This document shows positions 40,717 to 53,403 of a DNA stretch of 64,000 bases, piece by piece. The DNA is from Camelus ferus (lineage: Eukaryota). The DNA is taken from positions 44,022,001 through 44,086,000 of the forward strand of contig NC_045697.1 in NCBI RefSeq assembly GCF_009834535.1. The letters are read 5' to 3'. How positions within the stretch are numbered: position 1 is the stretch's first letter; every line of letters starts with the position of its first letter. The translations under genes were made by a program, and so were the position numbers. The notes beneath the pieces are model-generated. The model was not told the DNA's origin, searched no databases, and worked only from the letters and a program-made list of their open reading frames with translations.

Positions 40717-41397
40717 ATGGAGGTGGTGCCAGCTGAGGTGAATAGTTTGCTTCCAGAGGAGATAATGGACACTGGTATAACTTTAGTGGATGATGATAGT
40801 ATTGAGGCTGTTATTGTTTCATCCCCAATTCCCATGGAGACAGAACTGGAAGAAATTGTCAACATAAATTCTACTGGCGACTCTACAGCCACGCCCATTT
40901 CCACGGAGCCAATCACAGTGTACAGTAACCACACTAACCAAGTTGCAGTGAACACCACAGTTACTAAAGCAGATTCTAATACCACAGTGCAACCAGCTTT
41001 TCCAAGTGGCCTTCAAAAACTTGGTGCTCAGACTCCTGTGACTATATCAGCCAATCAGATTATTTTAAACAAAGTATCACAGACATCTGATCTTAAACTT
41101 GGCAATCAGACCCTTAAACCAGATGGACAGAAGTTAATTTTAACAACTTTGGGCAAGTCTGGTTCACCAATTGTTTTAGCACTACCCCATAGCCAACCCC
41201 AGGCTCAGAAAGTTACAACTCAGGCCCAGTCAGGAGATGCTAAGTTACCACCGCAGCAAATTAAAGTAGTTACCATTGGAGGGAGGCCAGAGGTGAAACC
41301 TGTCATTGGTGTCTCAGCATTGACCCCAGGAAGTCAACTGATTAATACTACAACTCAGCCCTCTGTGTTACAGACCCAACAGTTAAAAACAGTACAG
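40717..41397 (+). CDS. LIN54: LIN54 first coding exon (MEVVPAEVNSLL...QQLKTVQ); exon starts at 40685 with 32 nt of 5' UTR
   Basis: ORF 40684..41424 matches the recalled LIN54 N-terminus; acceptor ttcattgcag|, donor CAG|gtaaaa; 681 coding nt. Confidence 0.98.
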
Positions 41398-44300
41398 GTA
41401 AAAAAACAAAAGGGGGCTTACTAATTAAAATGCATGTTAAACATTAAATTGATTGATAGTTGTGTGTGTAGGGTGATTAAATGCATAGTTGTTACTGAAT
41501 TCTTTTGAATGTTGCTTTTAGTAATTGTGTGGATTTTTTTTGTAAAGTTTGATATGTCTAATGCTTTTGAAAATTTCTGCCAGAGAACTTAGAACTTAAT
41601 TTTGGTTAAATTCCAAATTAGTGTATTTATAGCTTTTTACTCATTTTAAAATGTATTGTATTCTCAGTAGTAGTTTGAGTACACGGATGTTCTGCTGGTA
41701 TGAAAATGTCAGAGTTGGTTCTGGGCTGTCAAAAAATCATTCAGACATGATATTTTCAGTTAACAGATGGACTAAGTCTAGGAAAACTTGCTGCTCTGAG
41801 AAACCCTTTGAGCTAGCAGTAGTACATACTAGCTAGTGTGTGCCTCTTCTTTGGAATTTACTGTCCGTTGCATTACTCATGTTTGCAGTGTGGAAAAGGC
41901 AGTGCCATGTATGGAAGGTTTAGAGTTGGACCAACTGAATTTGAGTCGCCTCTCTGCTGCCCTCCCAGCTGTGGAACTTTGGATTGGCTATTTACTGTCT
42001 CTGAGTTTTTTACTTTAGCTGAAAGATGGCTATTTGATTGTGATGAAACACATAGGAAGAGATGAGTACTTGGTATAGTTCTCAAAACATTGGAGATCCT
42101 TCAAAACGGTACCCATTGTTAGTGTGAACAGGAGCCTAAGATAAAAGGTTATCAGGACATATATTAAGTGGTTCCCCATTCTTCATACTCAAATAGGCCT
42201 TTTTAGGTCACCACTACTTTTAGAAATACAATGATCCATTTAAGACCAGGGAACCCAAATTAATTTCCTGTTTGAAAGCGTCGGCTTTTAGAAAAAGGAG
42301 AAGGCATGAATTAGAGAACTTAAGCAGACGTATAGGGAAGTAGGAGGGTTGGGGGAACTGTCTACTCTCAGCTGATATTAGACACAATGTTTTGGTTATT
42401 ATGTTTGCAAAATAATTAGAAACATTTTTCATGGGCTTTTTATTTAAGAACTTTGTAAGATTTCTCAAACCATAAGATTTGCCCATGTTCCTTCTGCCGC
42501 TGTTAAGCACTTAGTGCCCTCTCCTTTCTTGTTCATTATCATCTCTCACTTATTGCTGACTTCCTTTTACTTCTCTTGATGAGGATCTCTTGAATGAGAT
42601 ATCCTATCACCATGAAACACCTTGTCCTCAGCTTGTTTTTTTGAATCAGTTTTGAAATTTGTTTTTATTGGTTTACCAGAGTTTATCTGGCTTTGGGGAT
42701 GTGAATCATAACCATGTTCACAAGAAACTATAATGTAAATTAGGATGTTATTTTTTTTTTCCATTTACAAGAGCAACATATACATACTGTTTCTAAGACC
42801 AGTTTATTTGTATCCACTAGTTTTCTACTATAATCCCCTAAGTACTAACAATAAAAACAAAGACTGGGGTCTGATTCTTACAACTTCTTTTATTGTTGCT
42901 ACTTTTATAAAACCTGACTCTATTTATTTAAAAAGAACTTCTATTAAAAAAAAAAAAAAGAAATGTCATTTAGAATATTGTTCTGCTTGTTCAGTTATTT
43001 TTAGGCAACTCAGATCTTTCCAACTCAAGAGTAGCCTGCAAAGCTCTGAAGCAAAGAAAAAACAAACAAAAAGCTACTATTTCCATTCTAGGCACCAGAA
43101 TATTTGGTTTAGTAATGTATGGTGTATATGAGTTTCTGGGTTTTTTTCTTCACACGGTCCTCAGCATTGTCTTAAATTTAATTAGAGTATTGAAACTGTT
43201 AGGGTGTGGACAATGGGTAAGGGTGGAAGGAGGAGACCCATCTTGAAAAATGAAGGAAAGAGGTGACAGTTGAGTCCCGAGGCAGTAACAAAGGGGGATA
43301 GTTACACTTACTTACAGATGTATGAACACTTTCCCATGTTTCTTGTGCATAGTATATATGAGTCATAAATATCTAGCAGTCTGGAACAACATAACTCCTT
43401 ATTGGTTCCTGCACCTACACTACACAGTGCCAAAAATTACCTCTGTGTATTATTTGGTCACATGTTTGTCTATCTTATTTGTAAATTTATTTTTTGATTC
43501 ATTTTTGTCTTACTCTGCTTATTAGATAAATTTTGTTAAAAATAATCCTTTATACTCTGTTTTATTTAATAAAGTAAATTTGTTCTAAGGTAGTTTAGAA
43601 TTAATAATGCAAAAAGCATGGTTCCTTAACAGAACTGGAATCCTTATTTTCAGCAATGCTCCACTAGAGAAATAAAACCACAAGGGCAAGTCGGGATCGT
43701 TCATTTTAATAATTAATCTGCTTTTCGTTGTATTGTTTACATTTTTTTCCTGATTGGTGAGTATTCATATAGCCTTATGATTGTGAACATCAGTTAAAAA
43801 TAGGGAAATACTTTAAGTTCCCAATTTTTATAGCTAAGGTTATTTTTTGCTAAACATGGGTTTCTAAGAATATCAATACCTCTACCTCTTGAGAGTCTTA
43901 ATACTAAGTTAATAGATGGCATATTCTGACTAAAATTTAGAGTTTTAGGCCTGTAAATACACGAGGGAAGTATTTCCCTATATGTCTTCCAAATTGCATC
44001 AGTTTTTTAAAGTACAGTTATGGATTTATTTGTGTATTTCAAAGCTGGGAATTTTTTTAATGTAGTAATGGATCTCCTTAGTTTGTTTATTTAAAAAGTG
44101 ATTTGTATTTCATTTACATTTTGTTTTGTCAGTAGTATGTTCTGAGTGTAAGAAAGTAATATATTCTAAATGTAAGAAAATGTTTTATTTAGTTTAATAT
44201 ATAGTTTGAACACAAAGCTGATATTTACCTAGTTGGTATATTTTTGTCATTCAAGTTGGTCATAATTATTCATTTTGAGTTATTATTTCCAATAATAAAT

Positions 44301-45222
44301 AGTATTTTTAGGGCCTCAATTTTCATATCTGCCAAAGATAAAATTAATATTTAATGTCCTTTCTGCTCTGAAAGTCTATGATTTTGATCATAGTTAAACT
44401 TCTGTTTCTTTTAGAAGAAGCTATATCTTTGCATGTATGGATAATTTCAATATAAAAACATTGGTAACTCTACCTTCCCTGACTTGTGGGGAATTTTAGT
44501 TCAGGGCAACAGTGTAAGATCAGAGATGAATAAAACATAGCCCCTCCTTTCAAGGAATTTACAGTCTAGTAAAGCTGTATTTTAGTAAACAGTATTTCAG
44601 AGGCTTCACCTTTTGAATAGTCTTTGTTTTGTCAAACTTGTCTGTTTGTATCCTAGGGTGTAAGCTTGCTCAGTTCTTCATTTGTCTGCCCCTGATTTAT
44701 AGATCTAAAGTTGAAGATAAAATCATAAGCCTATCTTTTTAATGTGTATTTATATTTTGCTTCCAGGGGCCAATGAAATTATATTAACAGGTGGCTTTAT
44801 CATTTGCACTATGCTTTCTTAACTTACTCTATTCCGTCTTTTTATTATTGAATGATTTGTGATTTGGAAAGGAGTATTTACTGTACTAAGTGTTTCATTA
44901 TTATTATTGTGAAATATTTATTATTAGATAAACGTTATTATTGAACATTAAGCATTATTTTAAAAATTAATTTGGTTTTCATTATATGCATATGTCCCAG
45001 AAACTAAAATCCAAAAGTATTATTATATAATGGCTTAAAGATGTGATTATATTAATATTTCGATGAATGGCTGTATTTTAAATGTTTTTAACATTAATGC
45101 TTAGATATGTTTTGTTAAATGATCTGGTTTCACATGTACTTCTATATATGAATTCTGTTTAATTTTGATTGAGTAGGTGTTTTATAGAACCAGTGGTCTT
45201 CATAGTTACTTATATATTTCAG

Positions 45223-45346
45223 ATTGCTAAGAAGCCTCGAACACCAACCTCTGGTCCAGTAATCACGAAGCTGATCTTTGCAAAACCAATTAATAGTAAA
45301 GCAGTTACAGGACAGACAACTCAAGTATCACCACCAGTCATTGCAG
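45223..45346 (+). CDS. LIN54: LIN54 coding exon ([19 protein letters not shown]...PPVIA-G)
   Basis: tttcag|ATT acceptor and G|gttata donor; 124 nt; phases consistent with both neighbours. Confidence 0.97.
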
Positions 45347-48255
45347 GTTATATTTTTTTATAGTTTATTAAGCTAAATATTTACCTTCTTTTTAAGGTTT
45401 AAAAAAGGTTGTTCTGCGACCTTGAAATGTTTTAGTGCTTATTACTATAAACCAAACTCATTAATAAGAAATGTTACACTTCTTAAATGTGTGCTTCAAG
45501 CAAAATGCCTTATCTCAAAATTAATCCTTTACTTTAGTCTCCTCAGTTTTTGGTTAGAATTTTACCTTGAAGGTAGCAAAGTCTTAAACTCTAATAATAC
45601 TAGCCAACATTTACATATTGTTTACTGTGGTCCTTGTGCTAGTGTAAGTTCTTTACATATGGTGAATGGACAATCCTCTGGCAGTCCTACGAAGTAGGTA
45701 TTAATAACATCTCCTTTTGCCAGTGTGGAAACAGAGGCACTCAGCTAGCAAATGTCCAAGTTGGGATTTGAATCCAGGCAATTTATATCTGGAGCACATA
45801 TGCTAAGTCTAGTAGGTTTAAAGTAATACATGGGAGAGTATAGAATTTCATGGTTTCTGTTTGAATTTTTAGTTTCAGTATTTTCATATGCTCTGTATAC
45901 AGTTCTCTATGAAACAGAAAATTGTCACAATGGTAATAATTACTTAAGTTGTAATAGAATTTTAGTTATGTTTCTTTTACCAGCAAATTCCTTAGTGTGG
46001 CCCAATTCTCTTTTATTAGATACTTGACAATTTTTCATCACCAATACTAGCACCTCAGAAATCTTGACTTTGAGTTTTCATTCTCTTTATTATTCTGGTT
46101 AATCTGCCTTTGTACTTCCAGTCTAGCAGTTCTTTCACTTTGAAATCTGATTCATTAACTCTTCTACTTTCTCATTAATAGTCAGCCCTTTCCTGTCCTC
46201 AGATTTTTCCTTACTTAACATGGAGTTCATGACCCATCATTATCGCTCCCTGCAAGTACCATTGGTTCTCTTTTTACTGTCTCTTTCTATAATGGCTTCA
46301 AATGCTAGCTCTCTTCTTTCTTCTTGCCTGTCAAGCAGCTTATTACTTGTAGAGAAAATCACACAGCCTTGGTGACTGGTCTTTAATTCGGAGCTATACT
46401 AATATTACTCCCTTCACCAATTAAGAACTCATCTCTAATTTCCATTGTGCTAAGAGCTTATGGAAGCTCCTCTGGGTGGTAGACTTTGGCTAGGGACTTT
46501 CAAATGCTAATTACCCATTTCTAGAATGTGTACTCTTGGTGAAGGTACTTCACATGTTAACTATACCATCCCTGGAATATGTATTAAACCACCTACTCCT
46601 GTCTTTGATAATTTATAGACAATGTAACAGTAGGCAACTCTGAAGTCAGTGGCAGTAATTTATCATTAATCTGAGGCTTTGAATTATATGTAGGGAGGCT
46701 TCTCATTTTAGCACATGAGAGAAGGCTTAAGGAGATTGTAGTTTGAGGGCAGTGTTGGGTGAGTGATTGTTCTTTTTCTTTAGGCCTTTAGTAGAGATTT
46801 GGGATGGTATAGGATGCTTATATCTTGAGGGCTGTCGTGGGAGGCAGATGTGGCCCGAGAGAAAAAATTGGAAAGGATTTGGATTTGGAGCTGCTTCAGG
46901 AAGTGGGCCTCAGTTGGCTCGAGTGAATAAGATTTGGAGGTATTGATGATAAAGGGACCACCAGTCCCTTGGGAGGCTGGGTGGATGGAGGTGGTTAACT
47001 AGGAGGAATGTCTCAGTGCAATGTTCACTGTTTCTGAGTTTGAATAACTTTTAGTTATGGGGGAAATTGTATACTAAACAACTGGTTTTGCAGAAGTGTC
47101 CGAATGAACAATGGTGATGTCAAGGTTTCACCTCTCTTACATTTGCCTATAATGGATGTCATTGCTGGGTCTTTGGGTCATTTACATTGTGTTGCACACT
47201 AATCATAACTTCACCTTTTAGTTATAGGCTGACTTACTAGCCCTCCCAAAATGCATACAGATAGACTTCTCGTAAATTTCACTAGAGTTGCTGGCATTAA
47301 TTTCAGTTTGGAAGAATAATTTCTACTGTTAACTAGTAGTTTGTAGCCTTTTAAATTAATATAAGCCAAATTTTAAACCAACAAAGTAACTCTCCTATTG
47401 AATTGTCCTATCACAAGGAGGTTCCATGGTTCCATTATCTTCATATTGCAGCTAATGATCTTTCAGGGTACACTTAGATGGCTTTTTAATGACTTTTGGG
47501 CTTCTCATTGATGGTGGACATCTTTTTCTGTCTTTCAGTCAAGGTGAACTTAATGTTTGTATGTGAGTGATTTGTCTAAAATGCAAATCTGATCTTGTCC
47601 ACCCTTGCTTAAATTTTTTTTGGCCATATCCATTTCTTACCCATTTCTTGGCCTTAATCCATCAGGAATAACTTCAAATGCTAGAGCTTTCTTAGCATTA
47701 AAATCATTTATGATCTAATACATAACTTTTTTATTTTCACCTCCTCTTAGGTCCAGACCTACTGATGTAACTTATTTTAAGAGATCACCAAATGGACCAT
47801 GTTCTCTCAGAACTTAAGCTCTTGGCACTGTTGCTTTTATCTGAAGTGCTTTTTTTTTGCTTTCCTAATGGATAACTCATTCATTTTATCTTTGGATTAT
47901 CTCTACCTGTCTTGGAAGTTTTTGATCCCTAAGCTTAGTTAGGTACTCTTTTCTCTGACCGTTTCCTATATATTTCCATAAAGCTTGGTTATACTTAACC
48001 AAATAGTTGACTTTAATTAGACTTCTGTTAAATTTCACACTGGCTTTTTATGTTTCCATTAGTCATAGTGTATTGTAATACTTGGTTTTCTTGTCTGACT
48101 CCCTTACTACTACACTTTTTCTTAGTAAAATTTTTTTGATTTGATTTGTCGTCTAGTTTTTAAAAATTACTAATGAATTAAATTTTTCTTAATTTTGGTG
48201 AAATATACATAACATAAAGTTGATTTAACCATTTTAACCATTTAACCATTTAACC

Positions 48256-48348
48256 TTTTTTTTTTTTTTTTTTAACAAAGGTACTGGATCGAACCCAGGA
48301 CCTCATGAGTACTAAGCATGTGCGCTACCACTGAGCTAAGCCTACCCC
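48256..48348 (-). mobile_element. tRNA-Ala-derived SINE (Vic-1-type), reverse orientation
   Basis: Reverse complement reads TTAGCTCAGTGGTAGCGCACATGCTTAG...GGTTCGATCC plus poly-A; tttaacc on both flanks. Confidence 0.88.
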
Positions 48349-49207
48349 ACTTTAACCATTTTAAAGTGGGTTCTTTGGTGGTATTAAGTACATTCACATT
48401 GTACAAACATCACACTGTCCATCTCCAGGACGTTTTTCATGTTGCAAAACTGTATCTCTGTACTCATTAAACAGTAACTTCCCAATTCCTTCCTCACCTC
48501 CGTCCCTAGCAGAGACTTCTGTCTCATCAGTTTGACTGTTCCACATAAGTGAAGTCATACAGTGTTTGTCCTTTATGACTGGCTTTTTGTGACTGTCTGA
48601 TACCTAGCACAGTTTCTGGCACATAGATGTGATTCAGTGAATGTGTATTGTTGAGTGAATAGGTATTATCATGGAGGCAGTGTGATGTATGGGAGGAGCT
48701 GTTGGGAAACTTGAGTTTTAGTCATGGATCTTCTGTTGATTTTCTTGTGATTTTGGGTAAATATCTTGTCTGTTCATCGTACTTATTTCTTGGGAACGTT
48801 GATATCAGCCACTTCATATGACTTTTGAGATGGTTACATGAGGTACAAAGGTCCTCATCATCAGAGCTCCCAAGGCACAAGGTTGCTATAGCAAAGCAGA
48901 CTTCATCAGTGTGAAAATATTCATTAATGAATTAATCTCTTATAGAATTAGTCCTGGCTCAGATATGCTAACTCCCTGCCTGGCCTGTCTGTGGCTTTAT
49001 GGATTATGTCTCTCTTGATTCTTGGAGAACACCTGACAGTAGAGTGTAAAATGCCTTGCAAATTGATTTCAAAGTGAAATTGTATAACTTGTATACTTTC
49101 TTGAACATTCTGCAGAGCCAAGGAAAAACAGGGATTTGGAGATTAGATTAATCAGGAGAAAAGCTATCTGGATGAAAACCAAGTGGCCCTTCAAAAAGAA
49201 TAACTTT

Positions 49208-49335
49208 GGGAGGAAGGAACTTTCAGTGGTAGAGCATGTGCCTAGCATGCACAAAGTCCTGGGTTCAATCCCCAGTACCTCCATCAAGTAAATAAATAAA
49301 CCTAATTACCCCCTAAAATCTTAAAACACCCCCTA
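49208..49335 (+). mobile_element. tRNA-Ala-derived SINE (Vic-1-type)
   Basis: CAGTGGTAGAGCATGTGCCTAGCATGC...GGTTCAATCCCCAGTACCTCCA; tail aaataaacctaattacc; gaataactt on both flanks. Confidence 0.88.
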
Positions 49336-50599
49336 GAAAGGAATAACTTGAATTATAAAGGATGTAGAGGGTTCTTGGGAAAATTTGTGAAATCCTGAAA
49401 TATTTTGGCAGAAATGCTCTTCTTTATCATGTGGCGCCCATCAAACAGAACCTGGGATTGTGGTGTCACACAAATTTTCACAAGATCCTCTCTCCCTTAA
49501 ACTGCACATTTCATCCTAAGAGTTAGTATAATTGTAATTATACTGACTTTTTGTTAAATATAAGCAAAAAAAAGTTTCAGTTTTAGGGGTTTTTTTGTTG
49601 TTAACAATGAAATTTTTATCCTTGTTTTAAGTGTAATTCACTTTAAGTGGCCTTTTTCTGTTATCAGTTATCAGGAATTGAGGATTTTTTTGTATGAATG
49701 TTTTCTGAAATGTAAGTAATGTTTAACAAATAAGAAATTGCAGTAATAACCATAAATGATGAGCATTTTATGAAAGGGTATTTTTAATGGTAATTTCTTA
49801 ATATAATGATTCTTGGGACTTCACACTTATCCCACAGGTATTAGTTTTGGAGACCAGAACAGGCAAATATGTTACTTCAGGCAGGTACAACACTTTAGGG
49901 TGGCCTTCTGAAAATATTTGATGTAGATTCATTTCATTTATATAGAATTGATTTATTTAGTTATGATGTAATTCAGGCTAAAAAAAAAACCCTAGCAGAA
50001 TTCTCAACTGAAATTCAATAAAGGATATATCAGTAGTATAAAATGTAATCATGTACTACAAAGAAATTGAAAAAGTTATATTTAAATTTTTAAAAAAATT
50101 CATAAATGTCAGATAAAACTTAATTCACTTTTTAAAAAACAAACTATGTATACTGTGGCATTGTTATCAGAAAAAATCCTGAAACTTATGTGCTAGTTTT
50201 CTATTTTTGTTTGAAGAGAAAATCCCTTCCTTTTTTTCTCTTTTTCCCTTTTTCTTTTCCTCATTCCCTCTTTCATGTGTAATTATATCTGTCAGTTAAA
50301 TCATAGCATCTAAAAGGTTAGAGGGGATTTTAGAGATAATCTGATTATCTGCCTTCTCTTTTTCTTGAGTGCTTGAATTTCCTTTTTAGCCAGTGGGTTT
50401 GATTATCCACCATCTTCTTGGAACACCTTCAGTGAATAGAAACTCACTCATATTGGAATAGTTGTTTCAACTGGAAATTTTTGTTAGAAGTTCTTTCTTG
50501 GTGCTGAACTGAAAGTTCTCTATTTCTGTTATGTTAGTGCTATGCATCTAATGGGTACAGATTGCTTCTCATCCTTCAACTTGACAGTCTGGATCAGTC

Positions 50600-51010
50600 A
50601 GGACAATCTTGGTTTTCTGCCATAATAAACAATCTCCAAATCTCAGAAGTTTTTCTTTTAAGCCAAATTTTATTTTTTATTTATACTTCATGGTTATCTG
50701 TATGTCTGTTGTGAGTTAGAAAGGGACTCTTCTCAACATCGTCACTCAAGGACCTCAGCTGACAGAGGAGCCACCATGTCAGACGTGGCAGAGGAAAACA
50801 GAGCTTTGGAAGGTCTTGCATTGGCAGTAAATATTCTGACCCAGAAATGACACATCACTTCTGCTCATAATGTATTTGCCAGGACTAGTCATGTGGCCCT
50901 AATCTAAGCACAGGGAGTGGTGAGGGGTAGGACATGGAGTTCTACCATGTGCCCAGAATGGGGGAGAGGGGGCGGTGGCACCAGAATATTTGGTGAGTGG
51001 CACCACAGTC
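50600..51010 (-). mobile_element. MLT1-type LTR, reverse orientation
   Basis: cagaaatgacacatcacttctgctcataatgtatttgccaggactagtcatgtggccc. Confidence 0.7.
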
Positions 51011-51756
51011 TTTCAGGAATTTGGAGATGTGTCATGTCTTTGTATTTCTCGCTTGCCTGGGATAAAAATTCCTAATATTTCAACTCCTTGTGATATGATT
51101 TCTAAATCCCTAAACCATCCAGACACACTATAGTTTTTGTGTGTTGCTCCTGAAGGGTATTTCCAGAAGGGAACACAGTTTTGCTGCTGGAATCTGGCCA
51201 GGACAGCTGGAAGAATTTTTTTTTCCTTTGGGCAGTCTAAAATCAGATAGCATTAAACCAGACAAGTGTTCAAGTTAGTCCAATACCTGTTTGTTTTATA
51301 AATGTGGATTTAGCTTGTATCCTGAATGGTTTAAGTTCAAACAGGAAGGCAGCTGAGATATAGTAGAGAACAGAGATTAAAGTTTTAAGACTTGGATTCA
51401 AGTCCCGACTTTGAGGAGCTGTGTGACACAGGACACGTCGCTTAGTTGTCCTGAGCCTATTTTCTGGTAGATACAACTTAACAGTGTTGATGAGAATGTG
51501 AGCAGAAGTGTTTTTGTGGACTTTAATAAAATGGTATTAAGATACTAAATGTTACTAAGAGGCATTGTTTTGTTTCCTTCTGCCTAGGTTCACCACAGTT
51601 CATTAGGGACCTTCTTAAGTGTTTAAGTTCTTACGTGGCTACATATGAAATACTAAACATATGTACTGCAGTCCTTGTGGTTGTAAGTCGTCATCACAGA
51701 CATTTTTATCCTATTATTGAAAAAAGTCAAACTGATGTGCTGCCTCTCATTTGCAG

Positions 51757-51899
51757 GTAGGGTTCTTTCACAGTCTACTCCCGGGACTCCTTCAAAGACC
51801 ATAACAATATCTGAAAGTGGTGTTATTGGATCAACTTTAAATTCTACAACACAGACACCAAATAAAATAGCCATCTCACCTTTGAAATCGCCAAATAAG
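51757..51899 (+). CDS. LIN54: LIN54 coding exon ([14 protein letters not shown]...LKSPNK)
   Basis: ttgcag|GT acceptor and AAG|gtaaaa donor; 143 nt. Confidence 0.97.
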
Positions 51900-53222
51900 G
51901 TAAAAAAAAAATTAGGTACAAATGCCAAGAATTGTGGTTAATGACTGTATCTTCTTGCTAGTCACTTCAGATACTTCAGTTTTAATATATTCCCAAGCAG
52001 TTAATCAAGGATATATGACAGATAAAAAAAAAACTTACTCTAAACACATAGTAACATAGAAATCATTTTGCATGCTAAGATGATATCCATAGCCTGTGTA
52101 AATGTGGGTACAACACAGATCTTTTGAATGAGGTACGTTGTGTAGGTGTTTAGTTTCTCTTCAGTTAACGTTCATGCAAAATTTTTGTTTTTGGGTCGGT
52201 CACATGTATACTGACTCTATAAATATAAAATGTTAAATGTAACTTTTTAAAAAATAAAATATTCGGTGTCTTATGCTTAAGCTGTCCTGGATTTTATGGA
52301 GAGTTGAGCTTTCGCTGGGTAACAGAGTACCCTAAATACTAGAAATTGCCATCAAATGCTGGTAACCATATCATCAGTTTTTTAGGCTCAACACAATTCA
52401 TTGAAAGCATTTGAAAGCTTTCCATGATTTGTTTTCACTTTAAGGTGCAAGGTACCTATCATTTTAGGTCGAGTAAATAGTCTTAGTTCCTAAAATATAC
52501 AGATGTCATTATACCAGCATAATGTTTTGAAAAAAGTATGTTTCGAAGGACATATTCAGGTGGAAAGTGAAGCATCGTTATTCTGTAAGGTGCCACCCTT
52601 GTGACTCTGGAAACATGCTGCCCTTTGCACCTGCATTTTTCTTTAATTTGTTACTGTTTGTGAGTAGAACAAACATTAAATGTTTACCTTACATTTTAAC
52701 AATGACTAGCTGTTGGTTTCTGTTTTAATGAGACTTTAATATAATGTATAAATACGATGTCTGTTACAGTTTAAATGGGATTCTACCTGCATAATAATAC
52801 AGATAATTATTTACTTGAATGAATTCGGCAGATAACTTGAGTGCTTACTGTATGTTATGCATAGTGATAGGCACTGGGGATAAAGGCATAAAGATAGGTT
52901 TTAGTTTCAGATAGTTCAGTAGGGAAGTTAGACTTAAGTGTTAAGAATTGCCCTACAGAATCATAATGGTCTCAAGTGATGACAAAGGATGCTGTTCTTG
53001 AAAGGTCTGAATCTTAAAGGTGGTTTGGGCCTTAGCTGTGGGTGAGTGTGGGAGCCTTCCAGGTTGAGTTAATGCTTCACATAGAAGTGTAGAAGCATGG
53101 CCCTTTCAGGGAGCTGCCTTGCGCTGGTGTAGTGTGAGAGCTGAGGTGCTGAGGTTAGGTGGATGGTCTCATTCCCCTCAGGGAAGTTTAGATTTTGTTG
53201 CTCTTAAGGATTTTCTTCCAGG

Positions 53223-53403
53223 ACAGTAGTTCTCAGCCTTGTCTGTACATTGGAATCACCTGTGGAGCTTTAATAACTACAAGGGCCAATTCTTATCCCC
53301 AGAGACTCTGTATTAATTGGTCTGGACTTTGGTCTGGTATCATGATTTCTTTTTAAAGCTCTCTTAGTGATTCTAAAGGGTAGCCTAGATTGAAAACAAA
53401 TGC
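53223..53403. mobile_element. MER5A-like hAT-Charlie element
   Basis: cagtagttctcagcctt...ttggaatcacctgtggagcttt...gtgattcta...gattgaaaacaaatg. Confidence 0.75.
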
